From a virus, in the IMG/VR virus record IMGVR_UViG_3300045988_103705: a DNA stretch of 64,000 nucleotides; one strand, written 5' to 3'. The first letter of the stretch is position 1. The number at the start of each line of letters is the position of its first letter. The notes below the pieces were generated by a model, which worked only from the letters and a program-made list of their open reading frames with translations, was not told the DNA's origin and did not search any database. Shown here piece after piece: positions 21,622 through 31,994 of this stretch. Position numbers and translations under genes: made by a program.

Positions 21622-22959
21622 TTATATTACTGTGCTAGAGCTTCCACAATTAAAAATAATTGTAGCAGTCTAAGTTAAATCATCAATCTTTCCACTTTTA
21701 GCAACAGATGATAAGTCTGCATCATTAGCTTTTTTAGCAAGAGCCGCAGGTAACCCGTTGATATTCTCTATGGTAGGTTGAGCACGAGTTACGCTAATAA
21801 TACCATCAGTCTCAGACACCGCGATTACAAATTGATTTGCTACAACAGAATCTTCTTTATCTAAAGCGTTTACCTTAGAATCTGCATAATCTTTAGCCTC
21901 TTGTTTAGCGGAATTAATTTTCCCCTAAGCTGTCTCTGCTGTATCATATGCTGAAAGATCTACCATTCCAGCTAAAACATCCCACTTAAATTCTTCTTCT
22001 CCCACATCTATACAAACAATATTAGTACCCGCGGGATAACTCTTCCCAGAACCTTCTACGAAATCGTCTGTAGTAGTGAATTTATCAAGAATGTTATAAA
22101 CTTTTCCTTCTTCTGTTGCAGTTAGTTCTGGTAGAGAAGCGAACGCAATAGATCCTCCTGCTTTATAAGTAGAGGAAATTCTAGCAGCAATTTGCTAATC
22201 AGTATAGGTTTTAGCTTCATCATAAGCACCTTTAATAGTAGTGGAAGAACCACTTCCTTCACCAATTAGCTCTGTTTTTGCAGCTCCAATTTTAGAATCT
22301 ACTTCTGTGGTTTTTGCATATTCATTGATTTTTAGAGCTGCAATTTTTTCATCAGTGGCACTAGCAGCCTCCTCGATAGCTTCGCTTTTTGCTGTGTCTG
22401 CAGCGCCAGCTGCGTCATAAGCATTGGATTCAGTATAAGCTGCTGATCCAAGTCCATGAACTTTTACTTCTTTTTCAGAACCAGTAATTCCAAATTTTAC
22501 AGTACCATTAGTAGCTCCTTCAGCTAAATTATAAGTAGGAGCGGTAAGAGAAATAGTATTTACATCTGTCCAAGATCCGCCAGTTTTTGGTCTAGATTGA
22601 AGCTTAAAGCCCATATCTCCATTTTTAACAATCTAATATTGTGTATCGGTATCCTGAACTTTTTCTCCAATAAAATCTTCGAGTCCGGTAATTTCAGTTG
22701 CTGCATAAGTTGGTTTACTTGCCGCTTTGGCCCAAGAATAAACATCAGCGGCAGTTCCGCTTACCCATTTTAAAGTTTTAAAATCTGATTCGCCATCACC
22801 GATTTTTAACAAATAGGTAGGCTCATTTTGAGCAACTCCAGTTTCAACAGGAACTTCAACAACCGCCATTTCTCCTTTTAGAAGAATGGGGTTATTGGTA
22901 TCCCAATTTTCATAAGTATCATATTTTAATTGGATTCTTGTATTAAAAGTTGTAGCCAT
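21622..22959 (-). CDS. tail fibre-like protein, TAG-recoded
   Basis: 445 codons ending TAA; in-frame TAG at 22633, 22195, about 21936 and about 21672; N-terminus ENWDTNNPILLKGE...KIGDG...W; GGAGGAAG Shine-Dalgarno. Confidence 0.6.
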
Positions 22960-22985
22960 TATTTATCTTCCTCCAAGTTGATTTT

Positions 22986-23580
22986 TATTCACTAACAGTA
23001 GCATCTCCGCCATTTAAGATAAGCTCTGTACCAAGAGTCTAAGTAATTTTTTCTATATTTATGTTATTGACAATCATAGTTCCATCGCCTGTAATAGAAA
23101 CGCCGTTTTCACTAGTAGTGCTTTTTACTACACCAAGAGCCTCTACTGTAGCAATAGGAATAGTAACTGCGCCATCGCTAACCTAAAGAGGAGTAGTTCC
23201 TACGGTTATACTCTTAATCTTCTCTGCTAAAGCCGCGGGAAGACCAGTAATTTTCTCCTATGCAATCGCTTTTACGCCAAGAGTTTTATCATCAGGATCA
23301 ATTTCTAATTCATCACTGACTCCTTTGATTTCTGCTAAACCCTATAATTTAGCAATTAGAGTGTCTTGAACTAAAGATGATCCTTCTACTTTGTCGACTT
23401 TATTAGCTAACTTAGTATCTACACTACTTGTAGTTTCGTATCCACTTAAATCTACAAATCCCGCAAGAACATCCCATTTGTAAGTTCCAGCATCATCAGT
23501 GTCAATACATACTACATTAGTTCCAGCTGGATATTTATTATCAGCTCCTTCAACGAAGTCTTCAGTAGTGGTGAAAGCAT
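22986..23580 (-). CDS. tail fibre paralogue (C-terminal domains); start unresolved
   Basis: reading frame KDAFTTTEDFVEGADNKYPAGTNVVCID is homologous to the middle of the 21622..22959 product; contains TAG codons; the AAGGAGG plus ATG nearby is out of frame. Confidence 0.4.
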
Positions 23581-23600
23581 CTTTAAAATGCCTCCTTATT

Positions 23601-24061
23601 TTAGTCTACTGCTGTCCCACAGTTTAATATTAAAGTAAAACCTTCAACATCCACTATTTTATCAAGTCCTACAGAATTAATTTCTCCGGTTCCATCTGAA
23701 AGTATTTTTATCTAGTTATTCTAACTACTCCCCTTAATTAAACCAAGATTTTCTTCTGTTCCCGCCGGAATAGTAACTTTATTATCTTCAACCGGCAAAT
23801 CTTTATTTCCGATAGAGATAGTTTCTATTACTTTATCCTAAGATATTGGAGTATACCACTCTAATGTGCCATCTTCTCTTTTTCTAATAGATTGCCCTGT
23901 TGATGCTTCTGTAAATCCTTTTAATGAAATCTGTCCAATTCCATCAATAACAATAGATTGATTGTCTACATCAACATTTACCAAACTACTATTTATATAT
24001 TTTAACTATTTCCACTCGGTGGATCCATCTCCAATTTTTAACTTTCCAGTATCTATTTCAA
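23601..24061 (-). CDS. tail fibre N-terminal domain protein, TAG-recoded
   Basis: AAGGAGG plus TTG start; FKRGTSEKWTELNPILRQGEPGFEIDTGKLKIGDGSTEW; five in-frame TAG; TAA stop. Confidence 0.5.
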
Positions 24062-24175
24062 ATCCCGGCTCACCTTGACGAAGAATTGGATTTAATTCGG
24101 TCCACTTCTCTGATGTTCCTCGCTTGAACTAAAATATTGTTTTATAAACAACTTCAGCCAAAGTTACTCCCTCCT

Positions 24176-24433
24176 TTAGCCAATTAGTCCGCCATCATAA
24201 ATAATAGTTGTATCTTCTGGAGGAAGAGGCTAATCTCCGCCTCCACCAGAGGGCTACAACACCCATTCATGATCAGAATTGAGAATATATTTATTTCCAT
24301 TTTCAATTACATATGCCGAACTGCCTGGCTTTCGGTTTGTAGGGAGATTAGCAACATCACTTTGGTAATCACATAAAAAATGAATCGCGCCATATATAAT
24401 TTTATTGGCTGTATTTTTACCAACAGTAATCAT
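24176..24433 (-). CDS. small hypothetical protein, TAG-recoded
   Basis: AAAGGAGAATAAGT ATG; about 85 aa with two in-frame TAG; TAA stop. Confidence 0.4.
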
Positions 24434-24554
24434 ACTTATTCTCCTTTCTTAAAGAAGTAGAGAAAATTATCTCTCTTTATACTATATAACAATATTGACA
24501 AGAGATTTCACATAAATTGTCCAAACCCCATTTTTGAAAGAAAAATTTGGTGAG

Positions 24555-24587
24555 CCTGCGCGAACGGAAACTCGGAGCAGAACGAGG
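24555..24587. repeat. 33-nt exact repeat, second copy at 1..33
   Basis: CCTGCGCGAACGGAAACTCGGAGCAGAACGAGG is identical at 1-33 and 24555-24587; both copies abut a minus-strand hairpin terminator. Confidence 0.8.
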
Positions 24588-24710
24588 ACAACAGAAAAGA
24601 GGGGCTAGCTTATGGCTAGCCCCTCTAGGGTAATCAAGGTTTTGCAGAACCTCAATCATACATATTGCATTTATAAATGAAATATATATAAACACCGCTG
24701 CAACGATGGA

Positions 24711-24786
24711 TGGTTGCGGGTATGAGAATCGAACTCATTCCTCAAGCCTTATGAGGGCTGCGACTTAACCACTTGTCCTACCCGCA
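24711..24786 (-). tRNA. tRNA with anticodon CAU (elongator Met or Ile-lysidine type)
   Basis: loop CTCATAA; acceptor TGCGGGT/ACCCGCA, A73, CCA. Confidence 0.7.
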
Positions 24787-24825
24787 ATATATAAAGCAGT
24801 TTTAAGACTTGCTTAGGTCTTTATA

Positions 24826-25947
24826 TTAAAGGTCAATATACTTATTGACTCCATAAATTGAAACCTTAGTAAAGGTTGCATTTTCAACCCTTACTTTTTC
24901 GTTAAATTCCTTTCTAGCCTTTGCACTCTCTTCCTCAGTGGGGTAATCATAATCGAAAGCATCAAAATCACAATAGAAATTAGCATCTACGCCCATAAGT
25001 ACGAGAGTACCATCCATAGATTTAATCTTTCCTGGATCAAAAGAAAGGTAGAAATCATTCTTATCTTTTTTAAACCGAAGACACTGAACCTCTTTGGCAT
25101 AAAGATCGAGATTATAATTATATGCAGTCATAACCCAACCATTAGTCAAACGAACATTAACATCAAAGAGAACACCTCTCTCATAGTTAATATTCAAATC
25201 CATTAAGGTTTCCTCCAAAGGATAACCCTGTTTCAAATCAAAAGCAATAGCCCTTAGGCTATCATAAGTGATGTCTGCGACCTGCGATAACTTAACAACC
25301 TTTTCAATTTCCTCTTCCTTACCGCTTCCAAGCGCATCCATCATATATGCCCGTACTTCATCTGCGGTAGGACAGCCAATCTCAAAATGATAGTGAAAAC
25401 GACCAGGGCGATTGATAAGAAATTCGTTCAATTTTCTTGTATCGTTACAAGTGATAACAAAAAGTTTCTTTCCATTATCAATCCCATCAAATAGACTTAA
25501 AAGTCCTACCTGCGGATCGCCGTCATCATTCTTGGCAAAAGTCTTTTCAAACTCGTCAAAGATAATAACAACTTCTTGTTCAATAGAACTGAGGAAATTA
25601 CTAATTCCGGGGATAGGAGAATCGACTACAATCACCGGCATTTCTCGCTTAATAGCGGCGTCCGCGATCATTCTTGCAAAAAGAGATTTGCCAATACCTT
25701 TCTTACCAGAAAGAATTATACCAAAGTTTCGCTCGGACTTATCGAAAGAATTAAAAACTTTCTCTACCTTATGACTATGCGAGCCATAAACTTTTTCTTC
25801 GCCAATCTGCAAATTATTATGAACAGAAAGCCAAATTCCCATTTGGGGATGGAAACCGATTGTATAGGTTCCGATTGGCAACTCTTTATAGGTTTTTACA
25901 TCGTCGCCATATACCTGAAAACGATTTCCTGTATGGACAATATTCAT
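24826..25947 (-). CDS. AAA+ ATPase
   Basis: Walker A GKKGIGKS, Walker B VVIIFDEFEK, sensor/Arg NRPGRFHYHF. Confidence 0.6.
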   Translation of the reverse strand: MNIVHTGNRFQVYGDDVKTYKELPIGTYTIGFHPQMGIWLSVHNNLQIGEEKVYGSHSHKVEKVFNSFDKSERNFGIILSGKKGIGKSLFARMIADAAIKREMPVIVVDSPIPGISNFLSSIEQEVVIIFDEFEKTFAKNDDGDPQVGLLSLFDGIDNGKKLFVITCNDTRKLNEFLINRPGRFHYHFEIGCPTADEVRAYMMDALGSGKEEEIEKVVKLSQVADITYDSLRAIAFDLKQGYPLEETLMDLNINYERGVLFDVNVRLTNGWVMTAYNYNLDLYAKEVQCLRFKKDKNDFYLSFDPGKIKSMDGTLVLMGVDANFYCDFDAFDYDYPTEEESAKARKEFNEKVRVENATFTKVSIYGVNKYIDL

Positions 25948-25976
25948 CTATTTACTTCCTTTCCTATTGTTAGGTG

Positions 25977-26064
25977 TGGTGGGCCAGGAGGGAATCGCAC
26001 CCACTCGAGCTCGAAAGCACCGGTTTTACAGACCGGGGTGTCTACTTTATCACTTTACTGACCC
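25977..26064 (-). tRNA. tRNA-Tyr(GUA)
   Basis: class II; anticodon stem CCGGT/ACCGG, loop CTGTAAA; CCA encoded. Confidence 0.75.
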
Positions 26065-26082
26065 ATATATAAAAGAATTGCT

Positions 26083-26169
26083 TGGTCCCGGAGACGGGAC
26101 TCGAACCCGTACGAGATTGCTCCCAGGGGATTTTAAGTCCCCTGTGTCTGCCAATTCCACCACTCCGGG
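26083..26169 (-). tRNA. tRNA-Leu(UAA)
   Basis: class II; loop CTTAAAA; acceptor CCCGGAG/CTCCGGG. Confidence 0.75.
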
Positions 26170-26252
26170 ATATTGCACATTTTTATGCTGAGTTGTGCTT
26201 CTCACCTTTCTCTTCTTCTTCCCCGGCGGATGAAAGTATCTCCGGCATATTC

Positions 26253-26371
26253 GGCGGGGAGTGCAGGACTCGAACCTGCGACATCGTGCACCCAAAGCAA
26301 GTTAAAGATTGCTGTTACGGTCTTTAACAAGACCAAACTATAACGCGCTCTACCAACTGAGCTAACTCCCC
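26253..26371 (-). ncRNA. atypical 119-nt tRNA-like gene with about 40 nt of inserted hairpins
   Basis: canonical acceptor GGGGAGT/ACTCCCC, D-arm GCTCAGTTGGTAGAGC and T-arm GCAGGTTCGAGTCCTGC, but 67 nt lie between D and T arms, including hairpins GGTCTT-GTTA-AAGACC and AGCAA-TCTTTAAC-TTGCT. Confidence 0.45.
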
Positions 26372-26617
26372 ATATAAACGATTTTGGATAAGGTTAATCG
26401 AGAACCTCGTCAGTGTGCTACTACGCCAAAGGCGAGCCCTGCAGGTTTACTCGCCACTCTTTAAATGGTGGACGCTTTCAATCCTACATCCTGACAATAG
26501 AAGTCTTATTTACGATTTCTGTACGTATTGCTTCTATTACTGGCACCGCTTCTTCGTGTTGAACGAAGACTTCTTGGTTCAGAGCCAAGCGTGCAGACCG
26601 CTACACTAAAGCGGTAT

Positions 26618-26692
26618 ATGGCAGCGGATAGAGGGGTCGAACCTCTAACAAGGGAGTCAAAGTCCCGCGTGTTACCATTACACCAATCCGCT
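26618..26692 (-). tRNA. tRNA-Gln(UUG)
   Basis: loop CTTTGAC; A1-U72, G73; 3' end TCCGCTGCCA. Confidence 0.75.
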
Positions 26693-27052
26693 ATAAATCA
26701 AGACGCATTAAAGAAAAGACTGTTTATCAGACAGTTGCGTAAACCATTCCGCCAAAATCGCTAAGTGCGATCCACAGGATTCGAACCTGCATCTTCTATT
26801 AAGAAGAATTTGCTGTACGCGTCTTTATTTTACTTATATTTTAATTACACTTACTGCCATATCACAGTTGAACAAATCATCATAAATCTTCTCTAAAGAA
26901 GCATCTTCATCAATGGTATATCCATTCAAAAGAGAATGTTTCTTTAGAGCTTCTTTTTCTGATTCAGCAGAAATTTTTTCTAACTTAATTTCATTTTCAA
27001 AGAAACTAAGAACTCCAACAACAAAATTCATAATTTTCTCCTAAACTTTAGG

Positions 27053-27128
27053 TGGTACCCGATGACGGGCTCGAACCGCCGACCTCCGCGGTGTAAACGC
27101 GATGCTCTCCCAGCTGAGCTAACCGGGC
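27053..27128 (-). tRNA. tRNA-Val(UAC)
   Basis: anticodon stem TCGCG/CGCGG, loop TTTACAC. Confidence 0.7.
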
Positions 27129-27588
27129 ATTTAACTCAGAAAGATATTTTTAAATTCGTTCTCAAGCATAAAGAAAACTTCGCTCGCGCAACCACCTTTG
27201 CCGACTTGAACATAAGCAATCATAACATCTCCAGAGTCAGCATCGAAACCACGACAAATAGTCTTAACAAGACCATAAGGATTAGCTCGATAAAAGCAAC
27301 CCATAGCAACAAAGTTATTCTTCATATTTAAGACTTCCTCTCTCAACTTTCTATAAATATTATATCATTTATTTTTAATATTTTCAAAAGTTTCTAAAGA
27401 CTAGACTCAAAAGGGCTTGCCCATATGCTCAACATTTTCTTGGCTTCCCTTCAAAAAGAAAATGCTTCTTAGCTTTCTAAATAAGATTTATTTAGTAAAA
27501 TCTTTTCATACAAGTATATTTACATATATTTGCTGTATTGAGTCTATATAGGAAAGGAGTGATACATATTCTCGCTATTTACGCGAGA

Positions 27589-27662
27589 TGGTAGAAGATG
27601 TCGGATTCGAACCGCTATTCTTGCTCCCAAAGCAAGCGTGTTACCGTTACACTACATCCTCT
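27589..27662 (-). tRNA. tRNA-Pro(UGG)
   Basis: anticodon stem CTTGC/GCAAG, loop TTTGGGA; imperfect T stem. Confidence 0.6.
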
Positions 27663-27938
27663 ATATTAACCTAGGGTTTTCCGCACTTCCGCAGATTTCC
27701 ATGCCTGGTCCTTATCGTTTCCTCTAATGCTATATGGGGCACCGACCCTAAACCCTTCTGCTCTATGCCGGTTATATACTGATACCGGAAAACATCTTGG
27801 GGACTTTATTTTTTTACCTTCGTTGCTCCAATCCTCGAAGGGTATCTCGAAGTATAGCTCTTCTATTTTACTGGCTCGGATTTAAGGCCCTACGATTTAT
27901 TCTTACTGCCTTTCAGACTTGCATGTAAGATACCAATA

Positions 27939-28026
27939 TGGCGCAGAGAGTAGGATTTGAACCCACGGATCTTTCGACCTCCTGCTTTCTAGGCAGGCGC
28001 CATAAACCAGACTCGGCCATCTCTGC
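27939..28026 (-). tRNA. class II tRNA (Ser-type); the anticodon loop CTAGAAA reads as AGA
   Basis: D-arm TGGCCGAGTCTGG, anticodon stem CCTGC/GCAGG, long variable arm, T-loop GGGTTCAAATCC. Confidence 0.55.
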
Positions 28027-28029
28027 ATA

Positions 28030-28106
28030 TGGTACGCCAGAGAAGATTTGAACTCCCACAAGCCAGGGCCCGTAGCCCTGTGCACTCTCCGTTATGCTAC
28101 TGGCGC
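28030..28106 (-). tRNA. tRNA-Arg(ACG)
   Basis: anticodon stem CAGGG/CCCTG, loop CTACGGG. Confidence 0.7.
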
Positions 28107-28181
28107 ATATACTAGACCCATCATCTTTTTCTCCAGTTCAAACAACAGGTAAAGAGTTTTTTTGCAGTACGGGTCTAAATT

Positions 28182-28637
28182 TTAATTACGAGTGCGTAAC
28201 CAATAATTTTTCATCTTGTAATTTGAATCATCCGTCACTTCAATAGCATCATCAATAGGAAACTGATAGTCGCGGGCCTGCTCCTCTGATTCAAATTCAA
28301 TTTCTGCATAGATAAAAGCTCCATCATCTACTACAGAAACCGTGAGTGGATACCCGCCGCAATTAAAAACGGAATAATTTTTCTTAATTGGAGATTTACC
28401 GACAAAATCTTTTAGCTGATTATAAAAATCTTCCGAAATTTCTGCTTCAATTTCTTCTCTTGTTAAAGTCCCTTCACCTTTTACGGTAATTCTAAAAGGC
28501 TCTTTACTTGCGGGATTGTGCCTCAAGCGCACTTCAGGACTTGTTGAAACGTAGAATTGCTCTACCTGAGAATTTCTAACTAATCGAAACTCTGTTGGAA
28601 CTCTTTGAAGAATCCACTTTCTTTCAATCTCCATCAT
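28182..28637 (-). CDS. CYTH-domain (triphosphate tunnel metalloenzyme) protein
   Basis: starts MMEIERKWIL (ExExK signature); AGGAAAGGAAG Shine-Dalgarno; the longer track ORF overlaps the adjacent tRNA. Confidence 0.5.
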   Translation of the reverse strand: MMEIERKWILQRVPTEFRLVRNSQVEQFYVSTSPEVRLRHNPASKEPFRITVKGEGTLTREEIEAEISEDFYNQLKDFVGKSPIKKNYSVFNCGGYPLTVSVVDDGAFIYAEIEFESEEQARDYQFPIDDAIEVTDDSNYKMKNYWLRTRN

Positions 28638-28657
28638 AAACTTCCTTTCCTCTTGTT

Positions 28658-28733
28658 TGGTGCGCTCCGTGGGATTTGAACCCACATCTCTCGGTTTAAG
28701 AGACCGCTACTCTTCCAGTTGAGTTAGAAACGC
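28658..28733 (-). tRNA. tRNA-Lys(CUU)
   Basis: loop CTCTTAA; D stem ACTC/GAGT. Confidence 0.7.
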
Positions 28734-28738
28734 ATAGA

Positions 28739-28856
28739 TGGTGGAGCTGCGGGGAGTCGAACCCCGGTCTTGAGCAACCTAGTCAACTAAAACATACTTA
28801 CACGATAGCTTATATTTTATCATTAAGCGGATATGGCATAAGCATCCTCGCTCCAC
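28739..28856 (-). ncRNA. atypical 118-nt tRNA-like gene with inserted sequence
   Basis: acceptor GTGGAGC/GCTCCAC, T-arm CGGGGTTCGACTCCCCG, variable-arm-like hairpin GGTT-GCTCAA-GACC, about 50 nt where the 17-nt anticodon arm should be. Confidence 0.4.
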
Positions 28857-29026
28857 AAATGTACCAGTTTCTGGCCTCCACCACTTTGTTTAATTATAGC
28901 TTGAACAAAGAAAAAGCATGGGTTAAAAACTGCTATCAAGCAGCAAGATAATTTTCGAAATAATCTTCGTCAGTTAATTTTTAAGTCGCTTCGTAAGGTG
29001 ATTGCCTACCCGTGTGTTTTAGCCTT

Positions 29027-29809
29027 TTAGTCCCCAATCGAATCCAGATTATCAGCCCCATGTGTATACTTCCACTTATATCCTGCCGCAGTTTTGCGTT
29101 TTCCTCTAGCGCATTCTCCAATATGTCTATTGTTATATTCTTTCACCGCGGCCGCTAAAGTGGGCCATTCTTTAACTAAAGTACCATCAATCGTATATTG
29201 TAATACTGATTTAGACCTTGAGGCATATAGATTTCTTTCCTTCAATATATTTTTAATCGTATCAAAGTCATGATGATATTTTTTAGTTAAATCTGTAATT
29301 GTAGTACCTTGAGAATATTCTCTACAAATAGAATCTTTCTCTTGTTGAGAGATCTCGCTATATGAAGTATATGTTTGTTTATTTCTTAGTCCTAACTCTT
29401 CAAGCAAATCTCTTAACCGATTAGGTTGGATTCTTAAATCTTTAGTAATTTCGGTTAAAGTTTTTTCATCTTTATGATGAAGATAATACTCAACTGCTTT
29501 ATCTATATCTGTATAATATGGATCATTCTGCCCACCGCGAGTTGAATTATACCCGTATTCTTGAGAATTATAATAAGCAATCTAAAAGCGTTCTCTTTCA
29601 TTAAGATACTCAGTAGGACATTCTTCAATCATAGAAATAGAAAAATGTTCACTCCCAAGTTCACGAATAGCTTTATGGAATTTACTATTATCTTTATTTA
29701 CTTTAGCATCATATAAATGTTCTTTTAATCGAGATTCTAAAGTTCCACGAGTCTAACCAATATAAATCTAATCGTTAATATCATTAGAAATCTTGTAGAT
29801 GTATGACAT
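29027..29809 (-). CDS. GIY-YIG homing endonuclease, TAG-recoded
   Basis: N-terminus MSYIYKISNDIND(Q)IYIG(Q)TRGTLESRLKEH (GIY..YIG..R..E); three in-frame TAG; C-terminal AAGYKWKY DNA-binding module; 261 codons. Confidence 0.6.
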
Positions 29810-29940
29810 ATTTATGTCTCCTTTCAACAGATTTAATTGGCTCCTCTTGCTTTCGTTGCAGAAATAATCAAATACTAGACTATATAATGCGCAAGAGGAG
29901 AGATACATAAACACTTCAAGAAATTTTGTCCTTGCGGACT

Positions 29941-30015
29941 GGTGGGCCACCGAGGACTCGAACCTCGTCCCGTAGGGCTTCAACCTACTGCTCTGCCTGT
30001 TAAGCTAATGGCCCA
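29941..30015 (-). tRNA. tRNA-Phe(GAA)
   Basis: anticodon stem GTAGG/CCTAC, loop TTGAAGC. Confidence 0.7.
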
Positions 30016-30095
30016 TAGGCTCTCTATGTGAGGCGATGCTCAACTCACAACCAAGACGCGCGCTCTTGTGTTTTCCACTTTTAAACTAATAGAGA

Positions 30096-30172
30096 TGGTA
30101 CCCCGTATTGGACTTGAACCAATGACCTACCGCTTAGAAGGCGGTTGCTCTTTCCAGCTGAGCTAACGGGGC
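30096..30172 (-). tRNA. tRNA-Arg(UCU)
   Basis: anticodon stem ACCGC/GCGGT, loop CTTCTAA. Confidence 0.7.
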
Positions 30173-30184
30173 AAATAAGGAGCA

Positions 30185-30418
30185 TTAAGCTACTCCAGCT
30201 TTTCTTGCTACTCTTGCAAGAATTTTATAGTCTGTACTATCTTCTGCAACCAATTTACATGGCTTTCCAATTAGAGCAAATAAACCAAGCAGACTACGAG
30301 CATCAACCATAATCATACCGTCATTAGAATGAACCCAAAGTAAATCTGGAGTTTTACTCGCTACGGCATTTAGACGCTCAACATCACTTGTGCTTTTGAT
30401 ATTAATATCCATTACCAT
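30185..30418 (-). CDS. hypothetical protein
   Basis: 77 aa. Confidence 0.35.
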   Translation of the reverse strand: MVMDINIKSTSDVERLNAVASKTPDLLWVHSNDGMIMVDARSLLGLFALIGKPCKLVAEDSTDYKILARVARKAGVA

Positions 30419-30433
30419 TTTATCGACCTCCTT

Positions 30434-30685
30434 TTATATTCTCCATGTACGAAACTCTTTGAACTGCTCTTCCAGATCTTGTTGATAGTTATAAACTTCG
30501 AGAACCCGTTGCATATTTAAGCTATTAGTCCTATCAATAAGACTAATCGCTTCATTTCTATCAACTGCATAAATAGGGTAATCTTCAAAGGAAAATTCAT
30601 CAACTGCAATAATGCAGTATTGATTGATACCATTATCACCACGGATTACCATATCGCGAACTTCTGCATAACTTGCTATAGACAT
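30434..30685 (-). CDS. hypothetical protein
   Basis: 83 aa. Confidence 0.35.
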   Translation of the reverse strand: MSIASYAEVRDMVIRGDNGINQYCIIAVDEFSFEDYPIYAVDRNEAISLIDRTNSLNMQRVLEVYNYQQDLEEQFKEFRTWRI

Positions 30686-30703
30686 GGCACTCTCCCCTTT
30701 TAT

Positions 30704-30778
30704 TGGCAGGGCGAGTAGGATTCGAACCTACAGTCATGGTTTTGGAGACCATTGGTTTAGCCATTAACCGATCGCCCT
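30704..30778 (-). tRNA. tRNA-Trp(CCA)
   Basis: anticodon stem ATGGT/ACCAT, loop CTCCAAA; G73. Confidence 0.7.
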
Positions 30779-31017
30779 ATGTAAGCTGAGCGTCCCCAGC
30801 CCTAATCGAGTTACTTTGGAGCTGCTTCCACTGACGGGCGAACTCGATAAACAAAAGCCTTTTGTTCTACACTCTAGTCAAAGCAGCATGACACCCTAGT
30901 GTAGCATGGCCTCTGTGGTCTTTGTCCCACAAAGAATTTTTCGAACCGAACTCTTTGCACATGATAGAATTTTGCGTTAGGTATTCACCCTGCCATCTAT
31001 CAAGGCTGACATTCGGT

Positions 31018-31094
31018 TGGTGCTCCGAGGCAGATTTGAACTGCCGACCTCGCGATTATCAGTCGCGTATTCTAACCAACTGAACTACCGAAGC
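31018..31094 (-). tRNA. tRNA-Ile(GAU)
   Basis: anticodon stem CGCGA/TCGCG, loop CTGATAA. Confidence 0.7.
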
Positions 31095-31330
31095 ATATAA
31101 TAGGTTCGTTTCGGCGTCACCCGCATTGAGGAGAACCATTTCCCCAGTCTGAGGCCTTAGGGCATACCTCGACGACAGCCCAGCGTTATGTCCGCCAACA
31201 GAAAGTTTTTTGACACCCAGTTTATCACTTTCAACTTTTCCGCCGAAGAATGGCGTGGCTTTCCTTTATACGCCTCCGAGGAGGAGCTTCCCGCAGTCTA
31301 TTCGCCCCGGCTACGAGGGGTGGAGCAAGA

Positions 31331-31406
31331 TACCGGATTCGAACCGGCCCTTTCTGCTTGGAAGGCAGACGTGCTAGCCGCTAACACTAATCCTGCATAT
31401 GGTAGT
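31331..31406 (-). tRNA. tRNA-Gly(UCC)
   Basis: anticodon stem TCTGC/GCAGA, loop CTTCCAA; U73. Confidence 0.7.
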
Positions 31407-31677
31407 TTCCCTGTTTTTTAGAGGTACTACCTAACCCAAGTCGACTTTGTCGTTTGTTCACAGATAACCCGCTCAAACAAAACAAACCAAAATGCGGAGA
31501 TGAACGAAATTGTTTTCTTCTTCTTGAATCAGAGAATCGTCATCAAGTTGTCCCTAAGTCATGCAGTCTTCGTAACGCCAGACTACCAGAAACGCTACTC
31601 GGTTTAACCTTGACTGAAAATTCTCGTGCACAGAATAACAGTTGTGTCTCACTCAAGAGTAGAAATGGTGCGTGTGG

Positions 31678-31754
31678 CGAGATTCGAACTCGCGACTCCC
31701 TGCTTAAAAGGCAGGTGCTCTAGCCTACTGAGCTACACACGCGACTGTAAACTT
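31678..31754 (-). tRNA. tRNA-Lys(UUU)
   Basis: anticodon stem CCTGC/GCAGG, loop CTTTTAA. Confidence 0.7.
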
Positions 31755-31994
31755 TTAAAGTTCACTTAGGATATTATCGAGAATCTTTTCAAAATCTTCA
31801 TCCTCAACATAGAACATCTCATTCATAGTTTTACGATCAGTAAGAGAATGATCTGCATTACATCTACAAACTAGCACTTCAAGAAATTGCCAAAAGCGCA
31901 GATTTGGATTAGTCTTTCGCCAAATAACCTCAATCTTATTAGCAATACTAGAAATGCGATTTGCGTCTCTCACACTTAATCCTCCTCTAGCCAC
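31755..31994 (-). CDS. hypothetical protein
   Basis: 79 aa. Confidence 0.35.
   Translation of the reverse strand: MARGGLSVRDANRISSIANKIEVIWRKTNPNLRFWQFLEVLVCRCNADHSLTDRKTMNEMFYVEDEDFEKILDNILSEL

Noticed and set aside
26528-26764. plus-strand track ORFs overlapping tRNA genes (also 25967..26191, 26082..26327, 27062..27331, 27903..28085, 31188..31421, 31454..31723, 33204..33428, 36079..36261)
   Set aside because: They lie antisense to well-formed tRNAs or in GC-rich spacers, have no Shine-Dalgarno sites and have biased, low-complexity translations. They are artefacts of stop-poor tRNA sequence.
26253-28856. Y RNA (YrlA-like) identity for the two 118-nt tRNA-like genes, given the nearby Ro60-like gene
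   Set aside because: Both elements pair their own 5' and 3' ends into a 7-bp acceptor with NCCA, which is tRNA topology. YrlA has permuted topology with a Ro-binding terminal stem. They are not adjacent to the TROVE gene.
30779-31017. tmRNA in the spacer between tRNA-Trp and tRNA-Ile
   Set aside because: There is no tRNA-like 5' GGGG acceptor or 3' T-arm/CCA pair, and no resume-codon or tag-peptide ORF.
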